From a virus (lineage: Duplodnaviria; Caudoviricetes), in the IMG/VR virus record IMGVR_UViG_2585428000_000009, positions 25,030-89,029 of that record: a DNA stretch of 64,000 nt; one strand, given 5' to 3'. This document shows positions 59,980-64,000 of this stretch, piece by piece (within the stretch, counting starts at the first letter, position 1; every line of letters starts with the position of its first letter). The position numbers and the translations under genes are program-made. The notes below the pieces were generated by a model. That model was not told where the DNA came from, ran no database searches, and saw nothing but the letters and a program-made list of their open reading frames with translations.

Positions 59980-60971
59980 CAGGCCACCTCTTTCAGGTCG
60001 AGGGAGAATGAGCGGTAGCGGGCGTAGACGTCGGGGTGGTCTTCGCGCAGCTCGTGGGTGTCGAGTCCGGGCCGGGTGAGGTATTCGGCGTAGAGGTCCG
60101 GTTCCGCGTCACGGAATGCCTTGGTTCGGAAGGGTCCGTTCTTGCGCGTCACCCACACGTCGTCGCCGACGAGGAGCCGGTCGTGTCCGGCCATGAGTGC
60201 GCGGATCTTGTTGCCTGCGGCGTGCTTTCGCTTCGCGGCGGCGGTTTCTGCCTGCTGGGCGAGCGTGTATTCGGCGTGCAGGGCCGCGATCTGGTCGCGG
60301 GTCACATGCAGGTCTCCCCCGACGGGTGGATGCAGCTCGTCGACGGCGGCACGGTCGGCGCTCGTCCCGGTAATGGGTGGTTCGATGTCGGTGAGGACAT
60401 GGCCGCGCCAGAACCGTTCGCAGGCGTCGACGACCAAGTCGACCAGGCGTTCGTCGCGTTCGATCCGGACGACTTCGAGGCGGTTGCCGCCGATCAGCCC
60501 CGCCGCGTAGGCGTGGGTGGCGCCGGTGACGTACATGCCGTGGTGCAGCTGGAGTTCGGCATGGTCGGGGATCTGCCCGGTCCACCGGTTCGCCATGAAC
60601 CACGCGGTGTTCTTGCATTCCAGGAGGCCGCCATCAGACAGCAGTCCATCGGGGGAATACAGCATGTGCGGGCGCTGCATCGAACGCAGTGTGCCGGGCG
60701 TGCGGACGGTCAGCCCGAGCCGCTCGCAGGCGACCTGCCGGATGACCGGTTCCAGCATGCGGCCCCAGAACATCGATTCCGTGTCGACGCCTGAGTCTGC
60801 GGGGACGCGGCGGGTTTTGCGCAGCCAGATCGAGTACGCGGAGTCCCAGTCGACCAGGCCGAGCAGCCCGGACACTTCGCTGGAGCCGATGCCGGCGAGG
60901 CGTGCTTCGAGCCATTCGGGGCTTCCGTGTTCGGTGGGTGGAAGCTCCTGGTACAGGGCAGGTTTCGTCAC
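59979..60971 (-). CDS. YqaJ/RecE-like exonuclease
   Basis: EWL.AR..GIGSSE, WG..LEP, SPDG, LECK, Q..H.M.VTG. Confidence 0.93.
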   Translation of the reverse strand: MTKPALYQELPPTEHGSPEWLEARLAGIGSSEVSGLLGLVDWDSAYSIWLRKTRRVPADSGVDTESMFWGRMLEPVIRQVACERLGLTVRTPGTLRSMQRPHMLYSPDGLLSDGGLLECKNTAWFMANRWTGQIPDHAELQLHHGMYVTGATHAYAAGLIGGNRLEVVRIERDERLVDLVVDACERFWRGHVLTDIEPPITGTSADRAAVDELHPPVGGDLHVTRDQIAALHAEYTLAQQAETAAAKRKHAAGNKIRALMAGHDRLLVGDDVWVTRKNGPFRTKAFRDAEPDLYAEYLTRPGLDTHELREDHPDVYARYRSFSLDLKEVA

Positions 60972-61117
60972 AGGACGCAGCTCCAGTCGAGCAGCCAGGC
61001 GAGAGCGCCCAGCACTACTCCGAAGCTGACCACGATGCCGTAGGCGGCAAGGGTGTAGAGGCAGCCGCGGAAGGCGCTGGTGTCGGGAGGGTCGGGTGTA
61101 TGTTGAGGCATGGCCAT
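60968..61117 (-). CDS. Small membrane protein
   Basis: AAAGGAA RBS; C-terminal TM helix. Confidence 0.55.
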   Translation of the reverse strand: MAMPQHTPDPPDTSAFRGCLYTLAAYGIVVSFGVVLGALAWLLDWSCVL

Positions 61118-61216
61118 GCCACGGGTTCCTTTCATCGCTTTGGGTTGCCGTGCGTGGTCGGCCCGTCCCCATGCCAGTGGGGGCGGGCATTTTTGTTTCC
61201 CAGAGAACCAACCAAC

Positions 61217-61251
61217 GTTGACTACAGTCATCCGTGTTGATTCAAGTCAAC
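61217..61251. promoter_or_regulatory. Tandem operators between repressor and leftward lytic operon
   Basis: GTTGAC-TACA-GTCATC (61217) and GTTGAT-TCAA-GTCAAC (61236). Confidence 0.8.
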
Positions 61252-61479
61252 ACGATACCGCGCGCATGATGCGATCGCAACAATGTCGTTGAGGTATTGA
61301 TTCAACTCGCAGAGAAAACCGGCGTTGACCTGCGCAGAACGCCGAGTCGCCTAGCAGCGGACACTAATCGAGTCAACGCGGCAGGTTTCCAGTCAAGTCA
61401 ACAACCGATACCATCAGAGGCACCAGAGAACCGCCAGCACGCCCAATAAGGGCCACACGCCACTCGAAGGGTGTCTTCC

Positions 61480-61935
61480 GTGTCTCCCAGGACGACTAGT
61501 AGCGAGGCCACTGCCGGACAATGGCCGCGATACATCAACGCCCTCATGGACCTGCATGAGATGACTCAACGACAGATGGCAACGGAGATCGGCCTCAATC
61601 CATCGACGATTACGCTGTGGTTCAGCGATACCGGTCGCGTTCCCGACCGCAAGGCGGTCCGCGCGATCGCCGAGAAGTTCAACCGCCCGATCTCCGAAGT
61701 ACTCATCAAGGCCGGATACGCCACAGCCGAGGAGTTGGGTATGTCCGCGGACCCGATCGACCCCCTGACCGACGCGGAACTTCTCCAGGCATTACGCGAA
61801 CGACTCGACCGCCTGCACGTGCTCGAGAAACAAGCGACGGGCGGCGGCGACCACGCGACAGACCAGACCCGGCCGGCGCAGGATCAGCCCCCCACAACAG
61901 TCAAAACGCGACGAGCTGTACCCCGCCGCGACTGA
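61480..61935 (+). CDS. XRE-family HTH immunity repressor
   Basis: TQRQMATEIGLNPSTITLW...P....V.AIA..F...I.EVL..AGY; divergent from recombination genes. Confidence 0.88.
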   Translation: MSPRTTSSEATAGQWPRYINALMDLHEMTQRQMATEIGLNPSTITLWFSDTGRVPDRKAVRAIAEKFNRPISEVLIKAGYATAEELGMSADPIDPLTDAELLQALRERLDRLHVLEKQATGGGDHATDQTRPAQDQPPTTVKTRRAVPRRD

Positions 61936-61948
61936 CTCCCCTGCTGAT

Positions 61949-62431
61949 TTAGACGGCCTGATCCAGATCGAGATCATGGGCGCGGCCGCGGTCGAGGCGA
62001 CGCTGGAACGCGGCGGTCTGCATTCCCTGCTTGGACCGTGGTTGGCGGAACGTGCGATAGACCGGGTCAGCAGGATCGAGGGCCTTGCTGACGATGACGC
62101 ATTCGTAGTAGCCGCCGCGAGCCTTACTACGGCCGCGGTACCAGTCTTTGTGAGCTCGTCGATGAGGGCGCATCGCCCAGGCTTGCCAGCAGTTGCCGAG
62201 CAGGGCGCCCATGTCGCGATCGGTGAGGTCACGGTAGGGCTGCACTTGGAAGCAGCCGGAGTCCCACACGTAGATCCGGCCTATTTCCTTAGCCCATCTG
62301 CCGTCGGGTTCGCGCCAGTAGGTGGGGACACCTTCTGCTGGCAGGGTTTCGATTCCCAATGAGCGCAGATCGTCGACAGCATGCCCCGTGATGCTGGTGA
62401 CGTCCTCATACTCTGGCTCTCGTGGTGGCAT
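61949..62431 (-). CDS. Hypothetical protein
   Basis: GAGGA RBS; globular composition. Confidence 0.65.
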   Translation of the reverse strand: MPPREPEYEDVTSITGHAVDDLRSLGIETLPAEGVPTYWREPDGRWAKEIGRIYVWDSGCFQVQPYRDLTDRDMGALLGNCWQAWAMRPHRRAHKDWYRGRSKARGGYYECVIVSKALDPADPVYRTFRQPRSKQGMQTAAFQRRLDRGRAHDLDLDQAV

Positions 62432-63074
62432 CCTGGTGTCCTCTTGCTGGGTGACGCGTCGACCTCTGGCTCGCTGCGGGTGCTCGGTGTCACGGGGTGG
62501 CGATGGGGCGGGACAAGGGACGGGTGTCGTCGTAGCACTCCCGCAAGGCCCTGTGTCGCGGTGTCAGCGAGTCTTGGGCCATCTCCACGAGAGGAGTCAC
62601 ACGGCGGGTCGGATGGCCCAATTGTGCTACTCCGGTGTGGCATGGCGCTGACTCTAATCCATTCCGCGTGGTTTGTCCCACTCTGTTCCTTTAAATGTTT
62701 CGCACTTGTTGTGGGTGTGCCCTTTACGATCCGGCGGGCACTCGAGATCGCCCAGTCAGCTAACCTTTAGCAAAGTGTGGACAGTTATCCGATGCACAAT
62801 TCCAGACGAATTGCACATGACACGACCGGCCAGTTCATGACATGGCGTGCCAACATACTCGGGACCTATTGCCCAACGACCCCGACGCACACCACCCACG
62901 GCCACACCGTGCCACGACCACGCCCCGCCACGCGCTGGCAAGCCGCGCGTACACCGCCGCGACGAACCTGCCAGCCAGGGCGATCCGAACCCCTCGATTC
63001 CGCCCCTGGATGCGAGAACGCCCGTCTCACCAGGCTTTACTTCGGCCACATCCTTACATCCTCCACTCGCGGAC

Positions 63075-63096
63075 ATCATATCGAACGCATGTGCTA
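63075..63096 (-). promoter_or_regulatory. Possible LexA (SOS) box abutting a -10 TATGAT
   Basis: TCGAAC-GCAT-GTGCTA versus actinobacterial TCGAAC-N4-GTTCGA (2 mismatches). Confidence 0.4.
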
Positions 63097-63694
63097 ATAC
63101 TACCGCGCAGCGCCACCCGCGCCAGGAGCTAACGATCCGCGTGTCCAACACTCCACCACCCGGGCCGCCCACGACCCGGTCGCCAACGCCGCGGCGCGCG
63201 GAGAGCGTCAGGAGCCGTCGGACATACGACCGTTGCACAGCCCGCCTTCGTGCGCCGGAACCGAGCCGGAGGCAGCATCGAGCACGAGCAGCCCTGGCGA
63301 CTGCTCGGCATTCGATACATCGGTCCCACTCGCCCCGATGTGACACACCTTCATTACGGAATTATGGAATGAATGCATGACGGAATTACTGCATGCATGC
63401 ACTTCCCCACTGACGGCTATCGGGAGCGAATGAACCGGTGGCGCCATTCCCTAGCACAGGCAACGATCGTCGCGGCAGCTACCACGCTGCAATCACATAG
63501 GCGTCGCCGGTTCCATTCACAATGCAGATGCATATGCAAAGTCATTTCACGTGGTAACCCACCAATTCCCGGAGCACCCCGGATTCACCCCAGACCCGAC
63601 CGACTCACGACCGTCGCTCCACACGGTCACCCACACCATGCGTCAGCACCGGCACCAGGCGGCGCAGTCAACGCCCGAGCGCCCTTCGATCTAC

Positions 63695-63729
63695 GTTGCT
63701 TTCAATCAACAATGTTGATTACAATCAAC
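63695..63729. promoter_or_regulatory. Tandem operators upstream of Xis-like gene
   Basis: GTTGCT-TTCA-ATCAAC (63695) and GTTGAT-TACA-ATCAAC (63714). Confidence 0.8.
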
Positions 63730-63793
63730 GCGCCGATGATCTGGCGGGACCTGACCAGAACCAGCGGGACCGCCAACCCACCCTGGAGACACC

Positions 63794-64000
63794 ATGCCCA
63801 ACACCACCGCCTGGCTGACCCGCCACGAGCTTGCCGCACGCACCAAGCTCTCCCCCAAGACCCTCGCCAACTGGGCCGCGGCGACCCCACCGAAGGGGCC
63901 GCGCTTCACCCGATTCGGCAACCGCGTCCGCTACCGCCTCGACGACGTAGTCGCCTGGGAGAACGAGCAAACCGACAACGCTGAGCAGCGGGTTGCCTGA
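63794..64000 (+). CDS. Excisionase / AlpA-like HTH protein
   Basis: LT..ELA.R......TLANW.....GPRF.RFG.RVRY...DV.AW. Confidence 0.88.
   Translation: MPNTTAWLTRHELAARTKLSPKTLANWAAATPPKGPRFTRFGNRVRYRLDDVVAWENEQTDNAEQRVA

Larger units (their letters stand above)
1..64000. mobile_element. Temperate actinobacteriophage / prophage (siphovirus), partial
   Basis: Syntenic terminase-portal-minor capsid-scaffold-capsid-connector-major tail module, RecET, initiator, XRE repressor and Xis-like gene; dense small coupled ORFs. Confidence 0.97.

Noticed and set aside
62776-62792. DnaA boxes / second origin (TGTGGACAG, TTATCCGAT)
   Set aside because: Only two degenerate matches; a better iteron origin exists inside the initiator gene.

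Overview
The whole window is part of a high-GC temperate siphovirus, probably a prophage. The host is likely a mycolic-acid actinomycete (Nocardia/Rhodococcus/Gordonia-like), inferred from GC content, WhiB, a cutinase/PE-PPE-like hydrolase and a LigD-type ligase. Layout from left to right: (1) head/neck/tail genes on the minus strand (major tail, connectors, P22-coat-like capsid, scaffold, minor capsid, portal, terminase; 83-10617), interrupted by a tRNA-Gln and a two-gene phosphoesterase insert; (2) a five-tRNA cluster with structured spacers (14.3-15.0 kb), in which both Ser tRNAs fold with a non-canonical 8/4, tRNA-Sec-like architecture; (3) a long leftward run of small accessory genes (MTase, HNH, MazG-like, phosphoesterases, RuvC, SLOG, NrdH, WhiB); (4) a divergent rightward island at 33-41 kb with an early operon, a PIN/HEPN-like gene, an acr-aca-like operon and a Zn-ribbon ADP-ribosyltransferase-like gene; (5) more accessory genes, the ligase, a C5 MTase, the replication initiator with iterons and RecET; (6) an XRE repressor and an Xis-like gene at the right edge. 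A palindromic operator GTTGAY-N4-RTCAAC occurs as 19-bp-spaced pairs at three loci. About two dozen proteins end in -AA, like the ssrA degron. No integrase, lysin, RT or CRISPR array is visible in the window. All calls come from motif reading only; no database search was run.
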